From: an uncultured Bacilli bacterium
GTDB taxonomy: Bacteria > Bacillota_I > Bacilli_A > RF39 > UBA660
Reading direction: 5' to 3'
DNA length: 64,000 nucleotides
Assembly: GCA_934098735.1 (NCBI GenBank)
Contig: CAKOOS010000001.1
Coordinates: 157,541 to 221,540, forward strand
Shown: positions 20,788 to 32,492 of the stretch, piece after piece
How positions within the stretch are numbered: the stretch's first letter is position 1
Layout: each line of letters starts with the position of its first letter
The notes under the pieces: generated by a model
Databases searched by the model: none
Told to the model about the DNA's origin: nothing
Seen by the model: only the letters and a program-made list of their open reading frames with translations
Translations under genes and position numbers: made by a program

Positions 20788-21829
20788 AAAGAAATTAATA
20801 ATTATTTTGGGTATTGTTGGTGCTTTTATACTTGTTATGGTGGCTACATTTGTGATATTATTATCTCCGGCTGGAAAAAGTAATGAAAGTATGACATTTA
20901 ACATTAAATCAGGTGATGGAAAGAAACAAATTGTTGAAGATTTAAAAGATGCTGGTTTAATAAAAAGTAAATATGCAACACTTTTATATGTTATTTTGGC
21001 AAATAAGAAAAATTTTCAAGCTGGAAGTTATGAGTTAAGCCGAGATATGTCAACACAAGAAATAATAAATGCATTTAATAGTGGTAAAATTAAAGATACA
21101 AAAAAGCCATCAATTAGTGTTACTTTTAAAGAAGGTTTGACAGTTAAACAATATCTAAAAATAATTAGTGAAAATACTGATTTAGAATATGATAATATAA
21201 TAAAAGAAATAAATGATAAATCTTTTATTAAAGGTTTAATTGCGGATTATTGGTTTTTAACTGATGAATTACTTAATGATGATCTTTATTATCCTTTGGA
21301 AGGGTATTTATATCCGAATACTTATCAAATATATAAAGATTCTAGTTTAAATGTAATTGTTAGAAAAATGCTAGATGAAACTGACAAAAAATTGACTCCA
21401 TATAAAGATGTGATAGAAAAAAGTAGTTATTCAGTTCATGATTTAATTACTATTGCATCTATCACGGAAAAAGAAGCTAATGCTAGTTCAGATAGAAAAA
21501 TGGTAGCTCAAGTTATTTATACAAGACTTTCTAAAAACATGAGCTTAGGAATGGATGTAACTAGTTATTATGGCGTTCAAAAGGATATGAGTGAGACCAT
21601 TACTTCAGCTGATTTAGCTGATAAAAATCCATATAATACTAGAGTAGTAACCTTTACTGGTTTGCCTGCTGGGCCAATTTGCAATCCATCAATTGATAGT
21701 GTTTTGGCTGCTCTTGATCCTGCTGATACAGATTATGTCTATTTTGTTGCAGATATAGTTACTGGAAAAGTTTATTTTGCTAAAAGTGAAGAAGAATTTA
21801 TAAAATTAAAGGAAAAATATATAGGTTAG
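20756..21829 (+). CDS. mltG: endolytic murein transglycosylase MltG (YceG family)
   Basis: N-terminal TM helix, then YceG-like domain with the ITIASITEKEA catalytic region. Confidence 0.8.
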   Translation: MKKMAKKKKNKKKLIIILGIVGAFILVMVATFVILLSPAGKSNESMTFNIKSGDGKKQIVEDLKDAGLIKSKYATLLYVILANKKNFQAGSYELSRDMSTQEIINAFNSGKIKDTKKPSISVTFKEGLTVKQYLKIISENTDLEYDNIIKEINDKSFIKGLIADYWFLTDELLNDDLYYPLEGYLYPNTYQIYKDSSLNVIVRKMLDETDKKLTPYKDVIEKSSYSVHDLITIASITEKEANASSDRKMVAQVIYTRLSKNMSLGMDVTSYYGVQKDMSETITSADLADKNPYNTRVVTFTGLPAGPICNPSIDSVLAALDPADTDYVYFVADIVTGKVYFAKSEEEFIKLKEKYIG

Positions 21830-22432
21830 GTGATTAAAATGAAAGAACAAATAATGGAAATGGAAAAGTATGCTGTATTAAATAACGTTCCAATTATTGA
21901 AAAAAAATCAATTGCATTTATTATGAAATACATTAAAAATAATAATATTAAAAATGTTTTGGAAATTGGTAGTGCAATTGGATATTCTGCGATACTTATG
22001 GCATCAAGTACTCAAGACTGTGTTGTAACCACGATTGAAAGAGATGAAGTGAGATACATGGAATGTCTTAAAAATGTTAAAAAATGTGGTATGGAAAAGA
22101 AAATAAATGTTGTTTATCAAGATGCTTTAGAATTAAATTTGTCTGAAGATTTAAGATATGATTTAATTTTTATCGATGCAGCGAAAGGACAATATACTAA
22201 ATTTTTTGAAAAATATAAAAATTTTTTGAATCCAGGAGGTACAATTATTACCGATAATATAAAATTTCATGGTTATGTTGGTGAGTCTAGTAAACTTGAT
22301 AAGGGAAATTTAAAAAGTTTGGTAGAAAAAATAGAAAGTTATATTGAATTTTTAAAAAATAATACAGAATTTGATACTAAATTCTATGATATTGGTGATG
22401 GACTTTCAGTAAGTACGTGGAAAAATGAATAA
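21830..22432 (+). CDS. class I SAM-dependent O-methyltransferase (YrrM/TrmR-like)
   Basis: SAM motif VLEIGSAIGYSA and acidic loop DIFIDA. Syntenic position. Confidence 0.7.
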   Translation: MIKMKEQIMEMEKYAVLNNVPIIEKKSIAFIMKYIKNNNIKNVLEIGSAIGYSAILMASSTQDCVVTTIERDEVRYMECLKNVKKCGMEKKINVVYQDALELNLSEDLRYDLIFIDAAKGQYTKFFEKYKNFLNPGGTIITDNIKFHGYVGESSKLDKGNLKSLVEKIESYIEFLKNNTEFDTKFYDIGDGLSVSTWKNE

Positions 22433-23189
22433 AATTGTTACGGTTACGAATAAATCATTAGCTTTAAAATTAAAAGAAAAAGAGGTAACATTGCTTTATC
22501 CTCTTTCTTCATATTGTACTGGATATGAAGAATATTTTGATATTAATGAAGTAGATGATTTTTGTTTAGTAAATAGAATACTTAATGATGATGATTTAGA
22601 TAATTTAGAAAAGATATTAAAAAATAGCAATATTAAAGGAATTGTTTTTGATGACCTAGGCTTAATTCAAATTATCAAGGATATGCCAATAGTTAAAATA
22701 TTGCTTTTGGATCATATTGCTTGTAGTACTAGTTCCATTAATTATTATTTAGATTATGTAGATAGTGTTGTTGTTTCTAATGACTTAACTAAAAAAGAAA
22801 TTCAAAATATAACTTTAAATGCTAAGAAGAAAGTTGTAATTAATGTCTTTGGATTAAAAACACTAATGTATTCTAGAAGAACGCTAGTTTCTAATTATGA
22901 AATATATCATGACTTACCTTTTAAAAATGTAATTAATGCTTCAATTGATTCAAAAAAATTTAAAATAATAGAAAATAAATTTGGAACAAAATTTTATGCT
23001 TACCCATATTATAATGCTTTAGAGCTATTGGATCTTTCTAATGTTTTGTATTTTTGGTATGATCCAATTTTACTTGATGATGACAAAATAATGGATATTG
23101 TTTTTAATAATAATATTAAAAATATTGAAACTGATGAAATATTTTTAAATAAGAAAACAGTTTACAAGGTGGGTGATTTAGATGCCTGA
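22425..23189 (+). CDS. U32-peptidase-family protein (YrrN-like)
   Basis: Syntenic partner just upstream of the U32 peptidase. Weak family resemblance only. Confidence 0.45.
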   Translation: MNKIVTVTNKSLALKLKEKEVTLLYPLSSYCTGYEEYFDINEVDDFCLVNRILNDDDLDNLEKILKNSNIKGIVFDDLGLIQIIKDMPIVKILLLDHIACSTSSINYYLDYVDSVVVSNDLTKKEIQNITLNAKKKVVINVFGLKTLMYSRRTLVSNYEIYHDLPFKNVINASIDSKKFKIIENKFGTKFYAYPYYNALELLDLSNVLYFWYDPILLDDDKIMDIVFNNNIKNIETDEIFLNKKTVYKVGDLDA

Positions 23190-24369
23190 GTTACTAGCAC
23201 CAGCTGGTGATTTTGAAAAAATGAAGTTTGCTTTTTTATATGGTGCTGATGCGGTATATTGCGGTGGACAAAATTTTAGTTTAAGAGCTAATGCTAAGAA
23301 TTTTAATTTAGATGAACTAAAACAAGCTACATTGTATACTCATAGTTTAAATAAAAAAATATATGTTACTGTTAACATTGTCTTTCACGATGATGATTTT
23401 GAAGGCCTAGATACTTATTTGCAGTATTTAGATCAAATTAAAATTGATGGAATTATTGCTAGCGATATTTCAGTAATTAAAAGAGTTAAGGAATTAAATT
23501 TAAGTTTGAATATTTGTTTATCTACTCAAGCTAGTACTTTAAATAGTAGAGCTATAGCTTTTTGGAAGAATTTAGGTGTTACTAGAGTTGTTCCTGCAAG
23601 AGAAGCATCAAAGAATGATCTTAAAAGATTAAAACAAACTGGAATTGAAATAGAAACATTTATTCATGGTGCTATGTGCACTTCTTTTAGTGGTAAATGT
23701 GTGTTATCTAATTATATGTGTTTACGAGATTCTAATCGTGGAGGATGTGCGCAAGTGTGCCGTTGGATTTTCAAAACTGATGAAAATGTTGATTTAACGA
23801 TAATGCCTAAAGATTTAAATATGATTCCCTTTATTAAAGAAGAAATTGAAATGGGAATTGATTCTTTTAAAATTGAAGGAAGAATGCGATCTATATATTA
23901 TGTTTCCACAATTTTATTAGCTTACAGAAGAATGATTGATGCTGCTTTAAATAATACTTTAACATTAAAATGCGAAAACTATTATCTAAATGTTTTAAAT
24001 AGATGTGCAAATAGAGAATCTAGTCCACAGTTTTTTGATAAAATTCCAGGAGTAAATGAAGAATACTGGAATGGAAGAAATGAGGTATCTAATCAAGATT
24101 TTTTGGGATTAGTACTAGATTATGATGAAAAAAATAAAATGGTAACTTTAGAAGTACGTAATTATTTTGAAGTAGGATATGATGTTCAGTTTTTTGGGCC
24201 AAATATGGAAACATTTAATTTTAAAATTAATAAAATGTATAATGATTTTGATGAAGAAATTAATGTTGCTAGACATCCAAAAAGTATAGTTAAAATTCCA
24301 ATTTCTGTACCTTTGGAAAAATACGCAATGATGAGAATAAAAGTGTTTGACAAAAATGAACTTTTATAG
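23182..24369 (+). CDS. peptidase U32 (PrtC/YrrO-like)
   Basis: N-terminal PELLAPAGDFEKMKFAFLYGADAVY and the conserved Cys cluster. Confidence 0.8.
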   Translation: MPELLAPAGDFEKMKFAFLYGADAVYCGGQNFSLRANAKNFNLDELKQATLYTHSLNKKIYVTVNIVFHDDDFEGLDTYLQYLDQIKIDGIIASDISVIKRVKELNLSLNICLSTQASTLNSRAIAFWKNLGVTRVVPAREASKNDLKRLKQTGIEIETFIHGAMCTSFSGKCVLSNYMCLRDSNRGGCAQVCRWIFKTDENVDLTIMPKDLNMIPFIKEEIEMGIDSFKIEGRMRSIYYVSTILLAYRRMIDAALNNTLTLKCENYYLNVLNRCANRESSPQFFDKIPGVNEEYWNGRNEVSNQDFLGLVLDYDEKNKMVTLEVRNYFEVGYDVQFFGPNMETFNFKINKMYNDFDEEINVARHPKSIVKIPISVPLEKYAMMRIKVFDKNELL

Positions 24370-24413
24370 TAATATTATGAACTGTAAATTGAAATTAAAA
24401 AGGAGATATAAAA

Positions 24414-24881
24414 ATGAAGAAGGAAAGTAAATTTATTATGACTGCTGAAGGTTTTTTAGAAGCGGAAACAGAATTAAATGAGCTTAAAAATGTTCGTCGT
24501 CCTGAAGTTATAAAAGCCTTAAAAGAAGCAAGAGCTTTAGGTGACTTATCTGAAAATGCTGATTATGATGCTGCTAGAAATGAACAAGCTATAATTGAAG
24601 CTAAAATACAAGAATTAGAATTTAAACTTGAACATGCTGAAATTATTGACAATAAAAATAAAAATGAAGTAAATCTTGGTTCAATGGTTACAATAAGTTA
24701 TGACGATGGAGAAGAAGAAGAATATAAAATTGTAGGTTCTATGGAAGCTGATCCATTTGAAAATAAAATATCTAATGAATCTCCTTTAGGAATAGCTTTA
24801 TTAAAACATAAAATTGGTGATACAGTAAAAGTTGATAGTCCTAATGGTGGATATAATATAAAAATAGAAAAAATTGCTTAA
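24414..24881 (+). CDS. greA: transcription elongation factor GreA
   Basis: Coiled-coil N-terminus with LSENADYDAARNEQ and a FKBP-like C-terminal domain. Confidence 0.9.
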   Translation: MKKESKFIMTAEGFLEAETELNELKNVRRPEVIKALKEARALGDLSENADYDAARNEQAIIEAKIQELEFKLEHAEIIDNKNKNEVNLGSMVTISYDDGEEEEYKIVGSMEADPFENKISNESPLGIALLKHKIGDTVKVDSPNGGYNIKIEKIA

Positions 24882-24925
24882 TTATGGAGAATGTATTATA
24901 ATAAGTAATCAAGGAAGGAAAATTT

Positions 24926-26170
24926 ATGAAGAACGTACATGAAGTAGAAATTAAATTGGAAAAGGAATGGGTATCAGCTCTTGATGCTACATTTAAAAAG
25001 AAAAATAAGGAAGTTAAAATTGATGGCTTTCGTAAAGGCATGGCACCAAAGGATATGTATATAAAGAAATTTGGTATTGAATCTTTATATATGGATGCTG
25101 TTGATACTTGTATTGGTATCGCTTATAAGAAAGCTTTAGAAGAACAAAAATTAGTACCAGTAATTGAACCTAGCGTAGATGTTACAGGAATTAGTGATAC
25201 AAATGTAATATTTAAGTTTACAATTATTACTAAACCTGAAATAACTCTTGGGGAATATAAAAATTTAAAAGTAAAAAAAGAAAAAGTAACTGTTAGTGAT
25301 GAAGAAGTTAATCATGAAATTGAACACATGAGATCTCACATGGCTGATGTAGTTGTTAAAGAAAATGGAGAAGTAGCAATTGGCGATACTGCTGTAATTA
25401 GCTTTACTGGTATTGTTGATGGTAAAGAAGTTGAAGGAGCAAAAGGAGAAAATTATCCTCTTGAAATAGGAAGTCATTCTTTTATACCTGGATTTGAAGA
25501 AGGTTTAGTGGGCCTTAAAACTGGAGAAGAAAAAACATTAGAATTAAAATTTCCTGAAAACTATGTAGAAGATTTAAAAGGAAAAGATGTTACTTTTAAG
25601 GTTACTGTTAATGAAATTAAAACAAAGGTTTTACCTGAAATAAATAAAGAATTTTTTGAAGATTTAGGATATGAAGATGTTAAAACTGAAGAAGAATTGA
25701 AAGCTAAAGTAAAAGAAGAACTTACTCATGAAAAAGAACATCAAAATGAAGATGCTTTTATGGATAAAGTTTTAGAAAAGGCTGCAGCAAATATGAAAAT
25801 TGAACTTAATCCAGAAATAGTGGATGAAGAAGTTCATAGAATGATTAATCAATATGCAGAACAATTAAGAATGCAAGGAATGAATATTGATGAATTTTAT
25901 AAAATGACTGGTACAAAAGAAGAAGATTTACATAAACAAATGGCACCAGAAGCTGAAAAAAGAGTAAAATATCGTTATTTACTTGAAGAAATAGCTGAAA
26001 AAGAAAACTTAGATTTTACTGATGAAGAAGTAAATACTAGAGCTGAAGAAATAGCTAAATCTTATGGCATTGATAAAGCTGAACTTATTAAAAGTTTTGG
26101 ATCAATGGATGTTGTAAAATATGATATGAAAATGCATAAAGCATTAGAAATTCTAAAAGAAAATAATTAA
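24926..26170 (+). CDS. tig: trigger factor
   Basis: N-terminal ribosome-binding region FRKGMAPKD, central PPIase domain, acidic C-terminus. Confidence 0.85.
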   Translation: MKNVHEVEIKLEKEWVSALDATFKKKNKEVKIDGFRKGMAPKDMYIKKFGIESLYMDAVDTCIGIAYKKALEEQKLVPVIEPSVDVTGISDTNVIFKFTIITKPEITLGEYKNLKVKKEKVTVSDEEVNHEIEHMRSHMADVVVKENGEVAIGDTAVISFTGIVDGKEVEGAKGENYPLEIGSHSFIPGFEEGLVGLKTGEEKTLELKFPENYVEDLKGKDVTFKVTVNEIKTKVLPEINKEFFEDLGYEDVKTEEELKAKVKEELTHEKEHQNEDAFMDKVLEKAAANMKIELNPEIVDEEVHRMINQYAEQLRMQGMNIDEFYKMTGTKEEDLHKQMAPEAEKRVKYRYLLEEIAEKENLDFTDEEVNTRAEEIAKSYGIDKAELIKSFGSMDVVKYDMKMHKALEILKENN

Positions 26171-27480
26171 GAAAGTCGATAATGACTTTCTTTTATTGTG
26201 CTTTTTAAAGTTTTTGTGCTTATAAGAACAACAAATAAAATATTAATAATTTCGGCGAAAACCAGACTGTAAATGCCTATTTTGCAAAGTGATAATATAG
26301 TTAAAACGATAAGCTTAATAATAACACCCCATAATGTTATATTCATAGATTTTTTGGCTTTTCCTAAGGCTTGAAGAGAAGATGTTAAAACTCCTTCTAG
26401 ATAGAATAATACGAAAAATGGAGCTAATATTTTAATATAATCACTACCTGTTGTGGTATTGTATAAGGCAAATAATATTTTATCTCGAAATGTATAAATT
26501 AAAAATGATGAAATAAAGCCAATAGAAAAAGCAAATAATAAAGCTTGATGTATTCTTCTTTTTACCATTTTAATGTTTTTCTCTCCATAATATTTACTAA
26601 TTTCAGGTAGTAACGATGTTGCGATAGATGCAATAAAGAATCCGGGAGCTGTAAGAAGAGCTAAAGAGTAAGCATTGTAGGCTCCATATTCTTCTAAAAT
26701 ATATGAACTTGAATATCCCTTTAATAAAAGTAAATTAGTTAAAATTATTGGCTCAAAAAAGTAACCAATATTACCAATTATGCGACTTGAAACAGTTGGC
26801 AAGGAAATATCTAAAATATCTTTTGTAATGGGTATACTTGGTTTTATGTTTGTGTTAAAATTAATCTTTTTAGGAATGAAAAACAAAAAAACAATGATAC
26901 TGCTTATTTCTGAAATTATCGTAAGAAGTATTAAACCAATAACTGCTGCCATAGTACTTATTTTCATTAGCTTTGGTAAAGCAATAACAATAATTATTAA
27001 ACGAACTATTTGTTCTATAATATTACTTGTGGCATGAGGAACCATGTTTTGCTTTCCAGCAAAATACCCTTTTATAACACTTGATATAGAAACAAATGGT
27101 AAAGTTAGTGAAAAAGCAATTAAAATTGGGCTTGCTAAAGAGTTTTTTAACAGTGTATTTGCTATAAAGTCATGAGTTAAAAAAATTATAATAATTAAAA
27201 TAAAGTTTATAATTAGTATTAAAACGGTGGCTGACGTTAAGATTCTTATACTTCGGCCCTTATTTTCACTGACTAATTTTGATATGGATATTGGTATAGC
27301 TAGCGTTGCTATTGTAAGAAGAAGAGAATAGGTCGGAGTTGCAATAGTATACAAACTTATACCATATTCCCCGATAATTCTGGTATAAGCTATTTTTATG
27401 ATAAAACCTAGTATTTTAGTTAGAAAGCCACTGCAAATTAAAATTAAGGTTGATTTTATAAATAAGTTTTTTTCTTTCAC
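26167..27480 (-). CDS. MOP-superfamily polysaccharide/lipid-II flippase (Wzx/MurJ/SpoVB-like)
   Basis: About 12-14 TM helices and the N-terminal pattern typical of polysaccharide biosynthesis protein family flippases. Confidence 0.7.
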   Translation of the reverse strand: MKEKNLFIKSTLILICSGFLTKILGFIIKIAYTRIIGEYGISLYTIATPTYSLLLTIATLAIPISISKLVSENKGRSIRILTSATVLILIINFILIIIIFLTHDFIANTLLKNSLASPILIAFSLTLPFVSISSVIKGYFAGKQNMVPHATSNIIEQIVRLIIIVIALPKLMKISTMAAVIGLILLTIISEISSIIVFLFFIPKKINFNTNIKPSIPITKDILDISLPTVSSRIIGNIGYFFEPIILTNLLLLKGYSSSYILEEYGAYNAYSLALLTAPGFFIASIATSLLPEISKYYGEKNIKMVKRRIHQALLFAFSIGFISSFLIYTFRDKILFALYNTTTGSDYIKILAPFFVLFYLEGVLTSSLQALGKAKKSMNITLWGVIIKLIVLTILSLCKIGIYSLVFAEIINILFVVLISTKTLKSTIKESHYRLS

Positions 27481-27527
27481 AATAGATTTCTCCCTTAAAA
27501 TGTTATATAATAAATATATGTTGGAAG

Positions 27528-29663
27528 GTGGTTAATTTGCCAGATACAATTACATTTGTTGAATTAAAACCTCGCTTGGAAAAACGAGGACGTTTTAAAG
27601 ATATAGAAAAAGCTTATAATTATGCTTTAGAAGAACATAAAGATATGAAAAGGCTTACAGGTGATCCTTTTATAACTCATCCATTAGAAGTTACAAAGAT
27701 ATTGATGGATTTAAATGTTGATGATGTAACTATTATTGCAGCATTAATTCATGAAGTTATAAATAATGGAACAAAAACTTATGAAGATATTGTAAATGAT
27801 TTTGATGAAGAAATAGCTAAAATAGTTCTTAGTGTATCTAAAATAAATAAGTTAGAACTTCCTGATAATAATGAATCATCTGTTATTTACTTAAGAAAAA
27901 TATTAGTTGGCCTTGCAGAAGATGTTAGGGTTCTTTATATAAAGCTTGCTGATAGATTACATAACATGAGAACAAACTGGGCAATCAATCCAGCTAAACA
28001 AAAAGATAAAGCTAATGAAACAATGTCAGTACTTGTTCCAATAGCTCATCGTCTTGGAATAAATTCTATTAAAAGCGAGCTGGAAAATCTATCTTTATAT
28101 TATTTAAAACCTGATGTTTATAACGATATACTGGAAAAACTAAATGATACAGTTGAAGAATTAAATGAGTACTTACTTGAAATGAAAGAAAGTATTATTG
28201 AACTTTTAACAGATGCTGGTATTAAGTTTGAAATTAAGGGACGAGTTAAAAGTGTATATAGTATATATAATAAACTATCTAATGGTAAAGAATGGAATAA
28301 GATATACGATATTTTAGCTTTGCGGGTGTTTGTTGAAGAAGAAAATGAATGTTATCAAGTAATTGGCCTTATTCATTCACGTTTTAGACCGATGCCTAAG
28401 AGATTTAAAGATTATATTGCAAGTCCGAAAGAAAATATGTACCAATCCTTGCATACAACTGTTTTTGGAGTAGAAGGCCATGTATTTGAGGTCCAAGTTC
28501 GTACTTACGAAATGGATGAAATAGCTGAAAAAGGTATAGCAAGTCATTGGTCATACAAAGAAAAGGGAACTAAAAAGATTCAAAATATGATGGAACAAAA
28601 ATTGGAAATGTTTAGAAATGTTATTGAATCTAGTAATAATGAAAACGATGATGATTTTGAAAAAGCTATTAATAGTGATATTTTTAGCGATTTAATTTAT
28701 ACATATACTCCGAAAGGAGATGTGGTAGAACTTCCTGCTGGAGCAACACCAATAGATTTTGCTTATCGTATTCATTCGAGAGTTGGAGATACCACTGTTG
28801 GGGCAATTGTAAATGATCAGATAGTTCCTCTTTCTTATGAACTTAAAAATGATGATGTGGTTAATATTAAAACTAATCCGAATGGGACTCCAAATAAAGA
28901 TTGGCTAAATATAGTTAAAACGCCACAAGCAAAAAATAAAATTAAGTCTTTTTTTAGTAAGCAAGATAAAGAAGAGTATATTTTAAAAGGAAAAAATATA
29001 TTAGAACAAGAACTTAGAAAGAGAAAAATGGCTTTTAATGAAGTTTTAACTAATGAAGCTATTAATAAAATTTTAAAAGATTTAAAAATGAAAGATATAG
29101 ATGATATATATCTTAGTATAGGTTCTTTACGTTTTACTGCTGGGTATATAATTAATTTAACTAAAAACGATCGTCATCAAGTTGAAGATGCATTATTTGA
29201 AAGAAAGAGAGTTTTACCTAAAATTGATTACAAAAGTGATATTTTGGTAGAAGGAACCGGAGATATTATGGTTAATATTGCTAAATGTTGTATGCCAATT
29301 AAAGGTGATGATATTGTTGGATATATTACAAAAGGACAAGGTATAAGTGTTCATAAGGCGAGTTGTAATAATATACCGCAGAATAAAGATCGGATTGTAA
29401 ACGTAAGCTGGAATATGGAAGCTACTAATTATTACTATACTAATATTTATGTTATAGTTAAAAGCGGTGTAGATATGTTAGTTAATATAATCACTCAGAT
29501 TGGTAAAAATGATAGTTTAGTTAAATCTTGTAATACAAAAGAAGTGGATAATAATACAATTTATGAAATTAATGTTAGAATTAAGGATAAAGATGATTTA
29601 GAAAGAGTTAAAAAAGAAGTAAGAAAATTATCTAATGTTTTAGATGTTGTAGATTATATATAG
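27528..29663 (+). CDS. relA: bifunctional (p)ppGpp synthetase/hydrolase Rel
   Basis: HD hydrolase domain (HDVIED-like), synthetase domain, TGS and ACT regions. Exact start uncertain (GTG 27528 or TTG 27537 after GGAAGGTGG). Confidence 0.9.
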   Translation: MVNLPDTITFVELKPRLEKRGRFKDIEKAYNYALEEHKDMKRLTGDPFITHPLEVTKILMDLNVDDVTIIAALIHEVINNGTKTYEDIVNDFDEEIAKIVLSVSKINKLELPDNNESSVIYLRKILVGLAEDVRVLYIKLADRLHNMRTNWAINPAKQKDKANETMSVLVPIAHRLGINSIKSELENLSLYYLKPDVYNDILEKLNDTVEELNEYLLEMKESIIELLTDAGIKFEIKGRVKSVYSIYNKLSNGKEWNKIYDILALRVFVEEENECYQVIGLIHSRFRPMPKRFKDYIASPKENMYQSLHTTVFGVEGHVFEVQVRTYEMDEIAEKGIASHWSYKEKGTKKIQNMMEQKLEMFRNVIESSNNENDDDFEKAINSDIFSDLIYTYTPKGDVVELPAGATPIDFAYRIHSRVGDTTVGAIVNDQIVPLSYELKNDDVVNIKTNPNGTPNKDWLNIVKTPQAKNKIKSFFSKQDKEEYILKGKNILEQELRKRKMAFNEVLTNEAINKILKDLKMKDIDDIYLSIGSLRFTAGYIINLTKNDRHQVEDALFERKRVLPKIDYKSDILVEGTGDIMVNIAKCCMPIKGDDIVGYITKGQGISVHKASCNNIPQNKDRIVNVSWNMEATNYYYTNIYVIVKSGVDMLVNIITQIGKNDSLVKSCNTKEVDNNTIYEINVRIKDKDDLERVKKEVRKLSNVLDVVDYI

Positions 29664-29671
29664 AGGAAGAT

Positions 29672-30124
29672 ATGAAGGTAGTTATACAAAGAAGTAAATA
29701 TTCAAAAGTTGTTGTTGATGACAAGATAATAAATGAAATTGATTTTGGATATGTTTTACTTGTATCTTTTACAGAAACAGATTCTTTGGAAGATATTTTG
29801 AAAATGACGAAAAAAATTGCAAATCTTAGAATTTTTGATGATGAAAATGGTATCATGAATAAATCTATATTAGAAGTTCAAGGAAAAGTACTTTCAATCT
29901 CTCAATTTACTTTATATGCAAATGCTTATGATGGCAATAGACCTTCTTATATTAAAGCATTAAAAGCAGATGAAGCAATAAAATTATATGAAAAGTTTAA
30001 TGAAGAGTTAAATAAATATGTACCTACATTTCCTGGCATTTTTGGGGCAGATATGAAAGTTTCCATTTTAAATGATGGACCAGTTACAATTTTGCTGGAG
30101 ACTAAAAATGGTAGATTTATTTAA
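29672..30124 (+). CDS. dtd: D-aminoacyl-tRNA deacylase
   Basis: SQFTL motif and conserved N-terminal MKVVIQR. Confidence 0.9.
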   Translation: MKVVIQRSKYSKVVVDDKIINEIDFGYVLLVSFTETDSLEDILKMTKKIANLRIFDDENGIMNKSILEVQGKVLSISQFTLYANAYDGNRPSYIKALKADEAIKLYEKFNEELNKYVPTFPGIFGADMKVSILNDGPVTILLETKNGRFI

Positions 30125-30500
30125 AAAGTATCAAACTTTTATTAAATATATATTTTTTGCAATAACTTCTTTTTTACTAGATATTTGTTTATTTAAAATA
30201 ATTTATATAGTAAGTAACAATATAATTATTGCTTCTTATTTAGCTAGATTGGTATCAAGTATATATAATTATTTAGTAAATAAAAAAATAGTTTTTAGCT
30301 ATAATAAAAAGAAGGATAATTCCTTTATTAAGTATTTTAGCCTTGCTGTTTTAAATGTAACTTTATCCGGAGTTTTAGTTACTTTTGTATATGATAAAAT
30401 GAGTTTTGATGTAACACTTATTAAGATAAGTATAGATACTTTAATATTTGTAATAAATTATTTTATCCAAAAAATACTTATATTTAAAAATGAAACTTGA
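30108..30500 (+). CDS. GtrA-family membrane protein
   Basis: Four TM helices at GtrA size. GGAG RBS before ATG 30108 (track start 30072 is upstream). Confidence 0.5.
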   Translation: MVDLFKKYQTFIKYIFFAITSFLLDICLFKIIYIVSNNIIIASYLARLVSSIYNYLVNKKIVFSYNKKKDNSFIKYFSLAVLNVTLSGVLVTFVYDKMSFDVTLIKISIDTLIFVINYFIQKILIFKNET

Positions 30501-30570
30501 AAAATAATAGAAAATATAGTATATTCATAGTGTAATTTATTTGATTTAATTAGTAAAATTTAGGATTTTT

Positions 30571-30734
30571 GAAGAGAGCTAGTGAACGGTGAAAACTAGT
30601 AAAGGAATAAATTTGAAGATAGTAAATCGGAAAAATAAACGCATGGTTTGCGATAAAAACAAAAGAGCATAGATTCTATGAATTAAGGTGGTACCGCGGA
30701 AAATGTCCGTCCTTATGATTCATGGGATTTTTAT
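30571..30734 (+). promoter_or_regulatory. T-box riboswitch leader upstream of aspS
   Basis: AGAGAG stem-I element at 30571. Canonical T-box sequence AATTAAGGTGGTACCGCGG at 30681-30699, then a terminator-like hairpin and T-tract. Promoter-like TTGAAA-17-TATATT at 30497-30525. Specifier not assigned; GAU at 30618-30620 is a candidate. Confidence 0.7.
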
Positions 30735-30752
30735 TTGAAAGGAAGTTTAGAA

Positions 30753-32492
30753 ATGAATACAGATTATACTTTAAAAAATATTGGAGAACAAATAAAACTA
30801 GATGGTTGGGTTTCAAAAGTTAGAAATCTTGGCGGAGTAATTTTTATTGACTTAAGAGATAGATCTGGAATAATACAATTAGTAGTAAGACCAGAGTCTT
30901 CATGTTATGATTTAGCTTGTACTTTGGGAAAAGAATATGTAATTGAAGTAGAAGGAGTAGTATCTAAAAGAGAGAGCATTAATAAGAATTTAGCTACTGG
31001 CGAAATAGAAGTAATTGTAGATAAAATATTATTACTTAATAAGTCTTTAGAAATTCCTTTTGAAATAAGTGATACCACAACTGCTTTAGAAGATACAAGA
31101 CTTAAATATCGTTATCTAGATTTAAGAAGAAGTACTTTAGCTAATAATCTTCTTGTAAGACATAAAATAACGATGGCTATTAGAAACTTTTTAGATAAAG
31201 AAAGATTTATTGAAGTTGAAACACCAGTATTGTGTAAGAGTACTCCGGAAGGTGCTAGAGATTATTTAGTTCCATCTAGAGTTAATAAAGGAAAATTTTA
31301 TGCGTTACCTCAATCTCCTCAGTTGTTTAAACAATTGCTGATGGTTGGAGGTATCATGAGATATTTTCAAATAGCTAAATGTTTTCGTGATGAAGACTTA
31401 AGGGCTGATCGTCAACCAGAATTCACACAAGTTGATATAGAAATGAGCTTTGTTCAAGAAGATGATGTAATGAATATGGCAGAAAAATTAATAGCTCATG
31501 TTTTTAAAGAAGTAAAAAATATAGATATAACTTTACCTCTTCAAAGAATGAAATACGATGATGCTATTAAATATTATGGATCTGACAAACCAGATTTAAG
31601 ATACGATATGAAAATCAATGATATAACTAATATATTTAAAGAAACTAGTGTTGAATTTATAGCAAATTCAATTAAAAATGGCGGAATTGTTAATGCAATT
31701 ATAGTTAAAAATAGTGCAGATAAATATTCAAGAAAAGATATAGATAAACTTACACTTTATGTTAAAAATTATAAAGCAAGTGGACTTGCGTTTTTGAAGT
31801 ATGAAGATGAGCTTACTGGATCTATTGCTAAAGTGTTAAGTGATGCTGAAAAAAATTCTATAATTTTTGAACTTAATTTAGAAAAAAATGACTTATTATT
31901 AATTGTTACAGATAAAGAAAAAATTGTAAAAACTGCCCTTGGTGCTTTAAGAATTAAAATAGCTCATGATTTAGGTTTAGTAAATAATAATGAATATAAA
32001 ATGTTATGGGTTACAGATTTTCCATCTTTTGAGTGGAGTGATGAAGAAAATAGATATATGGCTATGCATCATCCGTTTACAGCTCCGAAAGATGAAGATA
32101 TAGATAAACTTCTTACAGATAAAGCCCATTGCTATTCAAAAGCCTATGATATTGTTATAAATGGATATGAAGCTGGTGGCGGATCTATAAGAATTCATGA
32201 TGAAAAAGTTCAAGAAAAGATGTTTGCAGCTTTGGAACTTACACCTAAGCAAGTTAGAGAAAAATTTGGATTCTTTGTTGATGCTTTAAAATATGGGACA
32301 CCTCCCCATGGTGGACTTGCTTTTGGACTTGATCGTTTAACAATGCTTTTACTTGGAACAGATAATATTAGAGATGTTATTGCATTTCCAAAAACAGCTA
32401 GTGCAAGTGATCTAATGAGTGAAGCACCGAATGTTGTAACAGAAAGCCAGTTAAAAGAATTAGGAATAAAAATTGATGTTAAAGAAAACTAA
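30753..32492 (+). CDS. aspS: aspartate--tRNA ligase
   Basis: Class IIb motifs [16 protein letters not shown] and [19 protein letters not shown] before ATG 30753. Confidence 0.9.
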   Translation: MNTDYTLKNIGEQIKLDGWVSKVRNLGGVIFIDLRDRSGIIQLVVRPESSCYDLACTLGKEYVIEVEGVVSKRESINKNLATGEIEVIVDKILLLNKSLEIPFEISDTTTALEDTRLKYRYLDLRRSTLANNLLVRHKITMAIRNFLDKERFIEVETPVLCKSTPEGARDYLVPSRVNKGKFYALPQSPQLFKQLLMVGGIMRYFQIAKCFRDEDLRADRQPEFTQVDIEMSFVQEDDVMNMAEKLIAHVFKEVKNIDITLPLQRMKYDDAIKYYGSDKPDLRYDMKINDITNIFKETSVEFIANSIKNGGIVNAIIVKNSADKYSRKDIDKLTLYVKNYKASGLAFLKYEDELTGSIAKVLSDAEKNSIIFELNLEKNDLLLIVTDKEKIVKTALGALRIKIAHDLGLVNNNEYKMLWVTDFPSFEWSDEENRYMAMHHPFTAPKDEDIDKLLTDKAHCYSKAYDIVINGYEAGGGSIRIHDEKVQEKMFAALELTPKQVREKFGFFVDALKYGTPPHGGLAFGLDRLTMLLLGTDNIRDVIAFPKTASASDLMSEAPNVVTESQLKELGIKIDVKEN